A stretch of 64,000 nt of DNA from Escherichia phage MLP3: sequence record OK148440. The stretch is one strand, 5' to 3'. A program made the position numbers and the translations under genes. Every line of letters starts with the position of its first letter. Position 1 is the first letter of the stretch. The notes beneath the pieces are model-generated. The model saw only the letters and a program-made list of their open reading frames with translations. It did no database searches and had not been told where the DNA came from. Below, one piece after another: positions 19,243-28,832 of this stretch.

Positions 19243-19980
19243 TTATGATTTTTCAGATTCCATTGCTTTAACAATAGCTTTACAGAAACCTGAACGAACA
19301 ATATCATCTGATTCGCCATCTACTAGAGCGGCAAATTCAAATAACTGGTGACGGTAGATGAAATCAGTAGCCCAATCAAGACCGCTCTCACCACGCATGT
19401 CGTGCTGGTTAGTGTCCCCCATGCAGAACATCTGAGAGGTTTCACCAAGACGTGTCATGATTGAATATGCTTCATCAGGAGTAGTGTTCTGGAACTCATC
19501 AACAATCACGATAGCATCGTTGAACGAGCGACCACGTAGATATTCCAGAGGTACGAACTCAATATTACCATTACCTACTTGACATTCGTAGAAACCTTTA
19601 CCGTAGCGCTGAGTAATAACATCAACGATTGGCATTAGGTATGGTTCAAACTTCTCACGAAGCCCACCGGGAAGTAATCCAAGACTATTACCCATACCAA
19701 CAGCAGGTCGGCTTAGGATAATCTTCTCAATCTTCCCACTCTTCAGAGCATCGATCACTGTAGAAGTGATTACGAAGGTCTTACCACATCCAGCAGGAGC
19801 ATCTGTGAATACAACCTGTTTTGTTTTGATTGCATCAAGCAATTCACTCTGGAATTGGTTCTGAGGTACTACCGGCTTAGCAAGAACTACTTCTTCAAAT
19901 TCCCGCTTTCCTTTCTTGGTGACGAGAGCTTCACGACGTAATTCTCTCCGTGATGCTTTCCGAGATTCTCTACGACTCAT
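19243..19980 (-). CDS. phoH: PhoH-like ATPase
   Basis: Walker A APAGCGKT and PhoH-like central region. Confidence 0.8.
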   Translation of the reverse strand: MSRRESRKASRRELRREALVTKKGKREFEEVVLAKPVVPQNQFQSELLDAIKTKQVVFTDAPAGCGKTFVITSTVIDALKSGKIEKIILSRPAVGMGNSLGLLPGGLREKFEPYLMPIVDVITQRYGKGFYECQVGNGNIEFVPLEYLRGRSFNDAIVIVDEFQNTTPDEAYSIMTRLGETSQMFCMGDTNQHDMRGESGLDWATDFIYRHQLFEFAALVDGESDDIVRSGFCKAIVKAMESEKS

Positions 19981-20158
19981 TTCCTACCTCCGTGTTCTTC
20001 ATATAAGAAGCTACAGGATTTACACTCTGAGCAATGGATACCTATAACCTTAATTTCGACAAACTTCTTATTCTTCCCTTTAGTCGGGGAGCCTTTGGCA
20101 AGCTCCCGTATTACTTTCGAGTCCAAATGGAGAAGAGTTGATTCACATTTAAAACATT

Positions 20159-20479
20159 TCAGATTGATTTGTCCTTATGTAAACGGTATACTTCAGTAGC
20201 CATACAAGCTATACGCTCGTCATGTGGGAGATGCATACCAGTAGAGCCGTTCCATCCTTCGAACTCTGAATCAAAGAATCCAATAGGCTCGGGATACATC
20301 TCTTGCAAGGTGGTTAAGTCATCAGCCACTTGTTGCCATTTATCGTCAGACCAGATTGGGTCATCCAACCAATAATACAAATAGGAGTGGATAAGCATCT
20401 GTGTTCTATGTCGTTTAATCACTTCAGCAGGACTGATTTCATTTCCGTTACCAGTCCTAAATGTATTATTGTTGATCAT
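20159..20479 (-). CDS. hypothetical protein
   Basis: ATG; 106 aa. Confidence 0.45.
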   Translation of the reverse strand: MINNNTFRTGNGNEISPAEVIKRHRTQMLIHSYLYYWLDDPIWSDDKWQQVADDLTTLQEMYPEPIGFFDSEFEGWNGSTGMHLPHDERIACMATEVYRLHKDKSI

Positions 20480-20955
20480 TCCAAAACCCTTTCTTCTAAA
20501 TCATAAAAGATTTGATTTGTCCCATTATTCTCAACAAGCACTGTTCCATTATCTAGCAGGGTAGCAACTTGGGAATAAGGAATGTTCTTTAACATCAGAG
20601 CATTAATGGTCGGCTTGTTTTTGAAGTAAGCGACAGGCTCAACATAGAAGGAAATCCCACGACTTCCTTTAATTGGGGTGCTTGAAGATAGAACCCAAAT
20701 TGTTTCTGGCTTGTCTATTTCCTTTTCAACACCAACCTCAACAAGCGAGTCAGCAGCGAAACCTACAGGACGACTAGAAGAGCCAAGCGCCCGAATAAAT
20801 CCCGGTAATTTTGACATATTAGACCAACTACCAGTGTTTTCATTAAACACAGGTCTTACATCACCATATGCCCAAACCAGATTATCATAGTCACGGGCTA
20901 TGTATTTGGTCCAATCAGGAACATCATACTCTCTTCCTTCAAAAATAGCTTTCAT
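20476..20955 (-). CDS. hypothetical protein
   Basis: ATG; ATGA overlap. Confidence 0.45.
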   Translation of the reverse strand: MKAIFEGREYDVPDWTKYIARDYDNLVWAYGDVRPVFNENTGSWSNMSKLPGFIRALGSSSRPVGFAADSLVEVGVEKEIDKPETIWVLSSSTPIKGSRGISFYVEPVAYFKNKPTINALMLKNIPYSQVATLLDNGTVLVENNGTNQIFYDLEERVLE

Positions 20956-21150
20956 TTAGATAACCTTGTGCTTGTAGATGCTAGGGTTGAAGTAATGCAA
21001 CCAGTTTATGTATTGTTTCTGTTCAAGGTAGTGTCTGCAATCATGACAAAAAGCATGACCCAAACCTGTTTCCTCGTTCAGCTTGAAGTTGATAAGAAGC
21101 TTCTGCTTTTGACAGAAGCTACATGCTTTAGTGGGCTTCACGTAGTGCAT
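20956..21150 (-). CDS. small Cys-rich protein (start uncertain)
   Basis: CSFCQK...CHDCRHY; long table ORF overlaps ThyX-like 3' end, so internal start chosen. Confidence 0.3.
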   Translation of the reverse strand: MHYVKPTKACSFCQKQKLLINFKLNEETGLGHAFCHDCRHYLEQKQYINWLHYFNPSIYKHKVI

Positions 21151-21778
21151 CCCATGAGATTGGGAAAAGTTTACGAAGCTCTTCATCAACAGTTGATGCG
21201 AACACTCGTACTTCATACTGAGCATGGTCGGACAGTCGCTGACGACATAACTCTGACCAGCCATATAAAGAACCTGTCCACACCCACTCAGTGATCATAC
21301 CTTGAGGTAGAACGAATCGGGCTTGCTCTGGAGCAATAAACTTAATCAACTCATCATATGACTCAAGAGCTGTTTCATATGCCCGATTAATCAGAACTAG
21401 TGCAGAGTTTTGCGCTCCTGTGGTGAGGAGATTCCCCGCACCTGCATGGAGGTCCGAAGGTCTTTCAAAAATCTCTTTAGGGATGAAGAGTTCAACTGCT
21501 CCATCTTTATACCGCCGGGACATTTCGTTCCACGAGAATCCAACTTGATGCTTGCCCAGCTGTCTCGCAATTGCGATTGGCGCTTTGCATCGGAAGCTAA
21601 TTGTCGGATGGCGGAATGGTGTGACATGCTTTTCTCTGGCAAGGAACTTGATAAGGCGTTCATCTCGTTCATTTAACTCTCCTTCACGAGTAACCCCAAA
21701 GGAAACTCGAGCTGCATTAACAACAGATTTATCAGAACCCATTGCTTCAATTAGTGTTGCTTGTAATTGTTCGTTCAT
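21128..21778 (-). CDS. thyX: flavin-dependent thymidylate synthase-like (ThyX family)
   Basis: HVTPFRH...KAPIAIARQLGKHQVGFSWNEMSRRY aligns with the ThyX core; canonical RHR appears as KHQ. Confidence 0.65.
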   Translation of the reverse strand: MNEQLQATLIEAMGSDKSVVNAARVSFGVTREGELNERDERLIKFLAREKHVTPFRHPTISFRCKAPIAIARQLGKHQVGFSWNEMSRRYKDGAVELFIPKEIFERPSDLHAGAGNLLTTGAQNSALVLINRAYETALESYDELIKFIAPEQARFVLPQGMITEWVWTGSLYGWSELCRQRLSDHAQYEVRVFASTVDEELRKLFPISWDALREAH

Positions 21779-21792
21779 CCTTGAATTCTTCC

Positions 21793-22008
21793 TTAGTAAT
21801 GAATCTTTTTATAAATCAGGTTGCTTCCACTTTCTGTTTCAATCCCTTTCTGGATTGTAATCTTAGAAGCACCGGTATTAGCAATTTTTAAAGCTCGTTT
21901 AAAGCGGCGAGCCTCTCTCCGTGTTGTGTATGAGGAGAAGCTAGGGATTGTACTATCAAAATTAAACCACTTAACTACCCAAAAAGTAATCCAAGGTTTC
22001 TTTTCCAT
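21793..22008 (-). CDS. small protein, TRQEAR-motif paralog family member
   Basis: shares W..W...TR(Q/R)EAR..K...KI.I.K...SG..(V/I)(H/Y)Y with 23665 and 23880 genes. Confidence 0.45.
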   Translation of the reverse strand: MEKKPWITFWVVKWFNFDSTIPSFSSYTTRREARRFKRALKIANTGASKITIQKGIETESGSNLIYKKIHY

Positions 22009-22009
22009 A

Positions 22010-22285
22010 TTAAATACCTTTCAGAGCTATATCTAAAAACGCACGGAGGTTTGATTCAGTTTGCATACCGGACAAGCTGTAGTGAGCACCACTGTTCATA
22101 TTAGGAACTACAAAGGCTGGGATACTACGAACACCGTATTCAACAGCTCGCTCTCGACCATCACCTTCAGTGATATTCACTTCTTCAACCTCTACGTTGT
22201 AATCAGCTACAACTTTCTTAAACACAGGAGCCATAGCTGCACAGGGTGCACAGGAATTACTATAAAACTTAATAACTTTACTCAT
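22010..22285 (-). CDS. thioredoxin/glutaredoxin-like protein
   Basis: CAPC active-site motif near N-terminus; ATG at 22285 with AAGGA RBS. Confidence 0.7.
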   Translation of the reverse strand: MSKVIKFYSNSCAPCAAMAPVFKKVVADYNVEVEEVNITEGDGRERAVEYGVRSIPAFVVPNMNSGAHYSLSGMQTESNLRAFLDIALKGI

Positions 22286-22462
22286 TCTATTCCTTGTTAA
22301 TAAACAGATTGATATGACGCTGGGTAGCAGGAACAACAATAAAAGACTTATACTGCCCTTTTGCTAAATCATGGGCAATCTTCTTCGTCTGACCAAGACC
22401 CATTACACAGCCACTAACGATAATGGCATGTGCTTGTAGCTCTTCAGGGAGGCTTAATTTCA

Positions 22463-22684
22463 TTATGCAGTCCACAGGTGGAGAAGGAAAGGAATCACAA
22501 CAGAGAAGACTACCAGAGCAATGCTGCCATGTTTAATGGGTTTAGCGTCATTCGGGTTCTCTTTAAGCATCTGTTTCTGAGCTACATAAACGATACCGCC
22601 AACAAAAATTGCCCATACAGACCATACGATTGCTGAAAACATACTCATATCCTTATAAAGAAGTTCGCCCCACCTCTTGAACAA
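22463..22684 (-). CDS. small membrane protein (two predicted TM helices)
   Basis: hydrophobic segments; start not verified. Confidence 0.4.
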   Translation of the reverse strand: MFKRWGELLYKDMSMFSAIVWSVWAIFVGGIVYVAQKQMLKENPNDAKPIKHGSIALVVFSVVIPFLLHLWTA

Positions 22685-22705
22685 AGAGACAGGGCGGAGG
22701 TTTGA

Positions 22706-23281
22706 TTAGTAAGACACGTCACCACTGGAGTGGGACATGTTGCTCTTGACGAAGTAACAGAACTTGCCAAGACCTTCATTAATTTCTTGAAGCATACTCT
22801 GATCAACTGGATAGGTGCACAAGTCTGAATCAAACTCGTCCATCTTCTCAATGATACACATAAGAGTCATGCACATGTCGGAAAGCATACCGTCCATGTC
22901 GAGATCAGCGTTACCTTCTCGGAACCAAGCGTGACCTAAATAGTTACTAGCAGTGGCATCCACCTTAACACAATGGAAGCGCATACGCTCTGCTATTCGG
23001 TCGCCTGCCTCACGGGCATAATCTTCTAGTTCATCGAACATACCATGAACACCTTGGAAACCAGCTCCAGAGACGTTCCAGTGGTAGTTCTTTGCTTTGA
23101 TGTGTAGAAGTTCAAGGTTAGCCTGCACACCACAAAGAATGTGCTCTAGGCTGTTACTGCTAATCAGTTTATTCATTCCCTCAAGACGAGAGATAGAAGA
23201 ATCAGTAGTAGAGAATGGATTACTAGAACCCACTCTTGTTAGTTCTGGTAAGTCGAAGACATTATTATGCATTAGGTGCAT
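22706..23281 (-). CDS. Dps-like ferritin-fold protein
   Basis: YHWNVSGAGFQGVHGMFDELEDYAREAGDRIAER resembles the Dps signature. Confidence 0.65.
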   Translation of the reverse strand: MHLMHNNVFDLPELTRVGSSNPFSTTDSSISRLEGMNKLISSNSLEHILCGVQANLELLHIKAKNYHWNVSGAGFQGVHGMFDELEDYAREAGDRIAERMRFHCVKVDATASNYLGHAWFREGNADLDMDGMLSDMCMTLMCIIEKMDEFDSDLCTYPVDQSMLQEINEGLGKFCYFVKSNMSHSSGDVSY

Positions 23282-23612
23282 CCCCTTCTAAGTTAGTTGA
23301 ATTAGCTACATTACGAGCAATGTTATCCATGACCTGCTGTGTAATAACAATGCAATTCTGAGGGTCTACCGATTTAGAACGCCCCATCTCAGGGTCATAG
23401 ACTTTGACTCGCTTGGCTGTTGAGCCAGTAACTTGCAACACTTTGAGAAGATAACCTTGGTTTCCAATAGACCATGCAACAACATCACGATTCTTGATAT
23501 AACGACCAAGCATATCACGATGATAGAACTGCTGCATAACTTTAGCTTTGCTAATCTCTTCAGATGGCGGGGCCACTTTACTCAAATCTAACATAACTCT
23601 CTCCTGTTTCAT
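23265..23612 (-). CDS. hypothetical protein
   Basis: ATG with GGAGAG RBS. Confidence 0.45.
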   Translation of the reverse strand: MKQERVMLDLSKVAPPSEEISKAKVMQQFYHRDMLGRYIKNRDVVAWSIGNQGYLLKVLQVTGSTAKRVKVYDPEMGRSKSVDPQNCIVITQQVMDNIARNVANSTNLEGDAPNA

Positions 23613-23628
23613 ACAATATTCTTATACT

Positions 23629-23640
23629 GTATATACATTT
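23629..23640 (-). promoter_or_regulatory. AAATGTATATAC motif (TAATGTATATA-like) upstream of 23265-23612 gene
   Basis: near-exact motif about 17 nt before RBS. Confidence 0.3.
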
Positions 23641-23664
23641 GAGAGTTATCATATCTACTACCAA

Positions 23665-23880
23665 CTAGTAATAAACCTTGCTGGATATGAATCCAGCACT
23701 GTTATGGATATTTTCAATCCAACGATGAATCTCCACCTTTTCAGCGATTCCTAAAGCTTTTGTAGCTTTTATAGTTTTCTTAGCAAGACGAGCCTCTTGT
23801 CTTGTGTTGAATAATTGAATACAATCACCACCAAGAGTTTTGTTAGCCCATTTAGTACGAACTGCCCATAATTTATCCAT
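23665..23880 (-). CDS. small protein, TRQEAR-motif paralog family member
   Basis: paralog alignment. Confidence 0.45.
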   Translation of the reverse strand: MDKLWAVRTKWANKTLGGDCIQLFNTRQEARLAKKTIKATKALGIAEKVEIHRWIENIHNSAGFISSKVYY

Positions 23881-24092
23881 TAGTAATGTACCTTTCCGCT
23901 GATATAGAAACGACCTGATTTAAAGTCTTGAGCTTTGTGGATAGTGATCTTATTAATTGTGCTTTCACAACTTAATAAGAACTTCTTATGAGCGCGAGCT
24001 TCTTGACGGGTATTCCTAATACCCATTGACTCTGTACCACTGCTCCAGTGAATACGAACTACCCAACGTCTTTTCATTGTTCCAAACTCCAT
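23880..24092 (-). CDS. small protein, TRQEAR-motif paralog family member
   Basis: paralog alignment. Confidence 0.45.
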   Translation of the reverse strand: MEFGTMKRRWVVRIHWSSGTESMGIRNTRQEARAHKKFLLSCESTINKITIHKAQDFKSGRFYISGKVHY

Positions 24093-24283
24093 TATCTGTC
24101 AACCGATTTAGGGACAAACTGCATTACACAGACCTGACTACGAGGGAGATTTATTTCACAAGCGGCTCTTCTCGTCTCAATCTTAACGCTAGAATCTGGA
24201 CCAACGTTAGATATAAATACTCCCATAGCAAATGCCCCAACTACAAAACCTATAGCTAAGTAAGTAGCTTTTTCTTCTTTCAT
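24092..24283 (-). CDS. small membrane protein
   Basis: ATG; one hydrophobic helix. Confidence 0.4.
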   Translation of the reverse strand: MKEEKATYLAIGFVVGAFAMGVFISNVGPDSSVKIETRRAACEINLPRSQVCVMQFVPKSVDR

Positions 24284-24288
24284 CTTGG

Positions 24289-24822
24289 TTATACACCCTT
24301 AGATGCAACTACACCATTACTGCCGTTGTATCGACCCTTCACTGCATAAGAGTCATCACCAGCGTGAGAGTGTTCGAACATAACCATTTGACCAACACGC
24401 ATCCCAGCACGAACTCGTAAGCTATGATTATGGGTAACGTTATGAAATTCAAAGGTTAGTTTACTGCTGTTAAACCCTGCATCAGCCCAACCAGCATGGA
24501 GGTGGTTTAAACCACAACGAGCCATTGAGGAGCGAAGTACAAACAGGCTTGAGATGTTATCTGGAAGGTTAAACTCTTCCATTGAGTGCGCTAAGAAGAA
24601 TTGCCCCGGAGTGATAACAATACCATCTTCAGGGATTTTTACTTCTTTCCACTTGAGGTTTTCTTTAGCATCAATGTCAACAATTCCGTCAGCCTGTTCT
24701 TCAACAAGGATAGTATCACCAATACGGATATCCACGCTAGCAGCGTTAACATATTTATGCTCCGCATCTAAAAAGCCATTATCAATAACGCTGTGTAATT
24801 CTTGAGAACCTAAAAGACTCAT
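24289..24822 (-). CDS. dCTP deaminase / dUTPase superfamily protein
   Basis: N-terminal NAASVDIRIGD as in dCTP deaminases; about 177 aa. Confidence 0.6.
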   Translation of the reverse strand: MSLLGSQELHSVIDNGFLDAEHKYVNAASVDIRIGDTILVEEQADGIVDIDAKENLKWKEVKIPEDGIVITPGQFFLAHSMEEFNLPDNISSLFVLRSSMARCGLNHLHAGWADAGFNSSKLTFEFHNVTHNHSLRVRAGMRVGQMVMFEHSHAGDDSYAVKGRYNGSNGVVASKGV

Positions 24823-26255
24823 GAGTTTCTGTTTCCTTGTACAGATGATGCCAAATTATTAATCATGTTACGAGCTGTTTCACGAGATAGTGTAACACCT
24901 GCTAAGTTGTTATGAAGCTCACCAGATAGCTCACGAGCAGCAGCTCGAAGTTCTGTACCAAGTGTAGTATCGGAGTGAGCCAAACCATTACGACGACTAT
25001 AAGGTCGAGGAGCTTCGTTAGCGTCATTAGCCAATGATGCAAAACCAATACGAGCAGCTTCACGAGCCGCTATAGTTGACACTCGATCTTCCGTAGGGGT
25101 TGGCAAATCACCAACTTCTACACGTTCTATATCACCAGCACGTAGACCCTGAGCGACTGAGCTTACTGTTTCCCATGAACGACGAGAACGCTGTAAATCA
25201 CCCATTGACGGAGAAGGAATAGGACGAGCAGTTCCTCCTTGGACATGCCATGTACGAGTATCCATTCCAGAAGAGCGTGCACTACCAAAACTGCCAGTGA
25301 AAGTGTCACGAGGTGCCATTGTAGGAGGAACTGCGAATCTTTCCTGTTGCCAAGAATCGCGTCTGTTAGTTCCCGGAGTCCAAGGTTGTTCAATTGCTTC
25401 AGCACCGATAGTAACTAATCCACTAGACCATTCTGTCTGTAGGTTAACTTCTTCATCAAGATAAATACGACCCCTTTCCTGAGGAATATTTAATGCAACC
25501 TCCATCATCTTCAGGGTATAATGACGACGTTGATTCTGGTATAAGTTTACACCAGCCATAGGTCCAACTAACTCACTGATTGGATAAACTTCTGGCTCAC
25601 CAAAAGCACCCATCGCAAGGTGCATGTATTCGGTAGAACTGCTATAAACTGCAACAGTTGCTTCAGGCCACTTTTTGTAGACATACTTCATTTCACGGCC
25701 TGTCACCACAGGGATAGAATCAGTATATGCCATTGCAAACAAACCTTCGTTTGACACATACATATCATTAAGAGTCATAAATCCTTGACAGATCATAGGG
25801 AAACGACGACTCAAAGTATCCATATCCAAAGGTAGATTAATCATCATCTGGATTTTAACTTGATCAATCTCAATTTCCAGAATCTCTTGGAAAGTGAAAA
25901 GTGATTCAGTATAGGTTGTTCCACTGATAGGCTGAACTAAGCGAGATGTGGTTTGAAGTCCTTTACTTTCTGTCCAAGATAAGAAGTTGTCAAGGAAAAG
26001 TGCAGCATTACCTGCGTTAGCAGGGCTGTTTTCCTGACGAGTGTTCCAACGAAACCCTCCTTGAACTAGGAAGATATCAACATCATTCGGAGTTCGATTT
26101 TGGAAGAACGTATCACGGATAGCACCACCTGCAATAACAGGATAGATGCCATCAGGAACTACGTTGTCTCTGATCAGATTGCGAATCAGATCAAGCCCTA
26201 CGCTGAGGGCTTCTCCTTCTTGAAGGTTTAATTCAGACAATGGAATCTTAATCAT
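24819..26255 (-). CDS. nucleotidyltransferase (pol-beta superfamily, CCA-adding / poly(A) polymerase-like head)
   Basis: IAGGAIRD...DVDIFL matches the GGxVRD...DxD head motif; C-terminal Arg/Ser-rich region; table start TTG at 26270, ATG at 26255. Confidence 0.5.
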   Translation of the reverse strand: MIKIPLSELNLQEGEALSVGLDLIRNLIRDNVVPDGIYPVIAGGAIRDTFFQNRTPNDVDIFLVQGGFRWNTRQENSPANAGNAALFLDNFLSWTESKGLQTTSRLVQPISGTTYTESLFTFQEILEIEIDQVKIQMMINLPLDMDTLSRRFPMICQGFMTLNDMYVSNEGLFAMAYTDSIPVVTGREMKYVYKKWPEATVAVYSSSTEYMHLAMGAFGEPEVYPISELVGPMAGVNLYQNQRRHYTLKMMEVALNIPQERGRIYLDEEVNLQTEWSSGLVTIGAEAIEQPWTPGTNRRDSWQQERFAVPPTMAPRDTFTGSFGSARSSGMDTRTWHVQGGTARPIPSPSMGDLQRSRRSWETVSSVAQGLRAGDIERVEVGDLPTPTEDRVSTIAAREAARIGFASLANDANEAPRPYSRRNGLAHSDTTLGTELRAAARELSGELHNNLAGVTLSRETARNMINNLASSVQGNRNS

Positions 26256-26257
26256 TT

Positions 26258-26806
26258 CTACATTTTCCAATTTAGAGATGGGGGATTCTTATAATCAAAT
26301 CCAGCCATTTGACAAAGACACATGTAAACTTTAACTGTCAAGTTAACGTCTTGCTCACAATAGGCGAACATGTCTTCAGTGAATGCGTCCCATGCCTCCT
26401 CCTGTTCTCCATAATCTCCTTTCAGCTCCCCAAGAAACTCGCCCCATTGTTTGAGGCCGTGACCACGAGGGCCATGTCTAGGGTCGCCTTTGGGGTATTC
26501 TGGACTATCACCAATACGGTCAGGCTTGAGATATCTACTCAGGCACAAAGTATCGAAGACGTTAAAGCGAAAAGGTATCACATGAGAATAAAACTTAAAC
26601 AAAGCAGGAAGGTCAAAATCAATAATATTGTGACCTATTACTACATCAGCTTCTTTCAGTTTGTGTAGTGCTTCTTCAATTTGGTGAGGGCGATACCCCC
26701 ACCGCTCTCCAGATAATACATCAAATATCCAGATACACCAGACATTCTGAATACCATCATAGAGATTATCCCCCTCAATATCAAACGCATACAGTTTCTT
26801 TACCAC
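26258..26806 (-). CDS. DnaQ-like 3'-5' exonuclease (stand-alone proofreading domain)
   Basis: Exo I FDIEGDN, Exo [13 protein letters not shown], Exo III YCEQDV; GTG start with GGGAGG RBS overlapping primase-helicase 3' end. Confidence 0.7.
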   Translation of the reverse strand: MVKKLYAFDIEGDNLYDGIQNVWCIWIFDVLSGERWGYRPHQIEEALHKLKEADVVIGHNIIDFDLPALFKFYSHVIPFRFNVFDTLCLSRYLKPDRIGDSPEYPKGDPRHGPRGHGLKQWGEFLGELKGDYGEQEEAWDAFTEDMFAYCEQDVNLTVKVYMCLCQMAGFDYKNPPSLNWKM

Positions 26807-28590
26807 GGACGTGCCTCCCCTTCTTGTGCAAGTAAGGAAGCTGCATCCTCTCCATTGGTAACGGTAAAAGGATGCTCTTCATCAACTTCATGATCTTCTC
26901 GTTCTACAAGACGACCTGTTTCATTGATGTATTTGGTATAGCAAACCCCTGTCTGTCCATAGTTACGCTCTTTGAGCAGTCGTATGATTGACAAGTTTTT
27001 ACCTAACCCATCCGCTTGTTTGTTACGTTCAAAACCAATAATACACTGACACCAGCGCATCAATGAACGTGAACCAGTAAACTGTACTTCTTTAACCTGA
27101 CCACCTTCTTCGTGGGGTGCACCACCTGCCGGAGCGTTCAAGTGAGATAATACAAAAGCAGTGAAGTCTAATTCCTTACACATACCAGCAAGCTCTGAAG
27201 CAATCTTGCTGATTTCTGTGTTTACCTCAGATGGGGTTAAGTGAGATACCAATGCAGTGATGTTATCAAGAATGATAAATTTACACTGATTCTCAACTAC
27301 CCAAAAGCGAATACACTGCTTAATGTCTTCCCACTCGTTCTGCCCAAAGTTGTCATACAAGAAAAACTTATCAGCGTATCGAAGTGCTTCATCTCGTAGC
27401 TGGCTTTCTTCGTACTCAACATCCGGTCGGTGGAATGGAATAGATGCAGATTTACCTGCAATGTTCTTAACAGACATGCCTACCTTCTCTTCCAAGAAGA
27501 AGCCACCACCATTAAAACCATGCTCAAGGCAAAGCCATGCTACTAGTTCGTGTGCGATTAAGGTTTTACCTGAACCAACACCACCGCCGATTGCAACCAT
27601 CTCTCCCCAACGAATACCAAAGGTCATGTCGTTAAGAGTTTTCCACGGATAAGGAATACCCCATTCCGCTTTCTTCAGAGCATCTTCGAGGCAATCAAAA
27701 ACTGTAACAGCGCCGGCAGGAGATTCCCGCTTAGCTGAATACTTCAGATTGTTGAAAAGCTCTTGACCTCTCCCTGCAAGTAACATGTCGTTTGCATCTT
27801 TGATTTCCTTTTCTTGTCCGTTATAAGTGAACGTACCTTTTGGAATCCTTGCAAACTTAACATGCGGGTACAGAGAACGACCCTTAGTTAAAGCAATCTC
27901 ACCTGCATCATCATTGTCCATGCAGAGTACAATCTCCTCGAAACCATTAATAAAATCACGGTTTCTTGATAATACAGAAGAGATTGAACCTGCACCGAAC
28001 GGAAGAGAGACGCAAGCAGGTTTGATGTTAGTTGCGTTTGTAAACGCGGTAAGTACGTGGAACCCAGACATACAAGAGAGAGGATCTTCAAAGATGAAGA
28101 GTTTCTTGTTGTATACGTCACCACGTTGTGCTTGAGCCATACCAAACAAGTCGGCTTCTTTCACATTACCTACATAATAGAACTTCTTGCTGTCTAGAAG
28201 TTTTACTTCATATCCAACAATGTTCCCATCACGTTCACGAGGGAAGAAGTAGCTGTCAGGAGTTTGACCATCTGTTTGGCTTAAACCGATACGGCATCCA
28301 TAACGTTCAGATACAGCTTTAGGAATTAAGCGACGAGTCAACTCTCCCTGAGGAAGCTCTAAGCAATCGTCTAAGACTTCTCGGAGTTCTTCAGGGGACA
28401 GCTCTTTCTTTTCATTAGGAGTGGGCGTCGTTCCTTTCTCGAAGATTTCATACGCACCACATCTGTTACATGAACCCCACTCCTCACCGGACTCTTCATT
28501 TCGGAAGAGAATCATGTGATTGCGGGTCTTATCACGACCATGAGAGATACACTCTTTACAGCCTGTGTCTCCCAAAATGATCTTTGACAT
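26800..28590 (-). CDS. primase-helicase (T7 gp4-like)
   Basis: N-terminal Cys4 zinc motif, TOPRIM-like [10 protein letters not shown], Walker [10 protein letters not shown], Walker B FIILDNI. Confidence 0.85.
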   Translation of the reverse strand: MSKIILGDTGCKECISHGRDKTRNHMILFRNEESGEEWGSCNRCGAYEIFEKGTTPTPNEKKELSPEELREVLDDCLELPQGELTRRLIPKAVSERYGCRIGLSQTDGQTPDSYFFPRERDGNIVGYEVKLLDSKKFYYVGNVKEADLFGMAQAQRGDVYNKKLFIFEDPLSCMSGFHVLTAFTNATNIKPACVSLPFGAGSISSVLSRNRDFINGFEEIVLCMDNDDAGEIALTKGRSLYPHVKFARIPKGTFTYNGQEKEIKDANDMLLAGRGQELFNNLKYSAKRESPAGAVTVFDCLEDALKKAEWGIPYPWKTLNDMTFGIRWGEMVAIGGGVGSGKTLIAHELVAWLCLEHGFNGGGFFLEEKVGMSVKNIAGKSASIPFHRPDVEYEESQLRDEALRYADKFFLYDNFGQNEWEDIKQCIRFWVVENQCKFIILDNITALVSHLTPSEVNTEISKIASELAGMCKELDFTAFVLSHLNAPAGGAPHEEGGQVKEVQFTGSRSLMRWCQCIIGFERNKQADGLGKNLSIIRLLKERNYGQTGVCYTKYINETGRLVEREDHEVDEEHPFTVTNGEDAASLLAQEGEARPW

Positions 28591-28625
28591 GCTCTATCCT
28601 CCTTGGAATTCCTTGAGCAATCTTC

Positions 28626-28832
28626 TTAGTAAAACGATCGTATTTCTTCCCACACATCATCTTGCAAGTTTCTAAAACCCTGCAAGGTTTGCTTTGTTCT
28701 GTGAATAAATTCTTCAGAGTGCTTATCAGGTGTGAGCATACTGACAAACTTTTCATAGCGATTAATCTTCCACCGCATCTTCAAGTAGTCAGATTCCAGC
28801 TTTCTTAACTTCTGCCTGTCAGTTACTGTCAT
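28626..28832 (-). CDS. hypothetical small protein (start uncertain)
   Basis: table ORF overlaps neighbour; internal ATG chosen. Confidence 0.3.
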   Translation of the reverse strand: MTVTDRQKLRKLESDYLKMRWKINRYEKFVSMLTPDKHSEEFIHRTKQTLQGFRNLQDDVWEEIRSFY

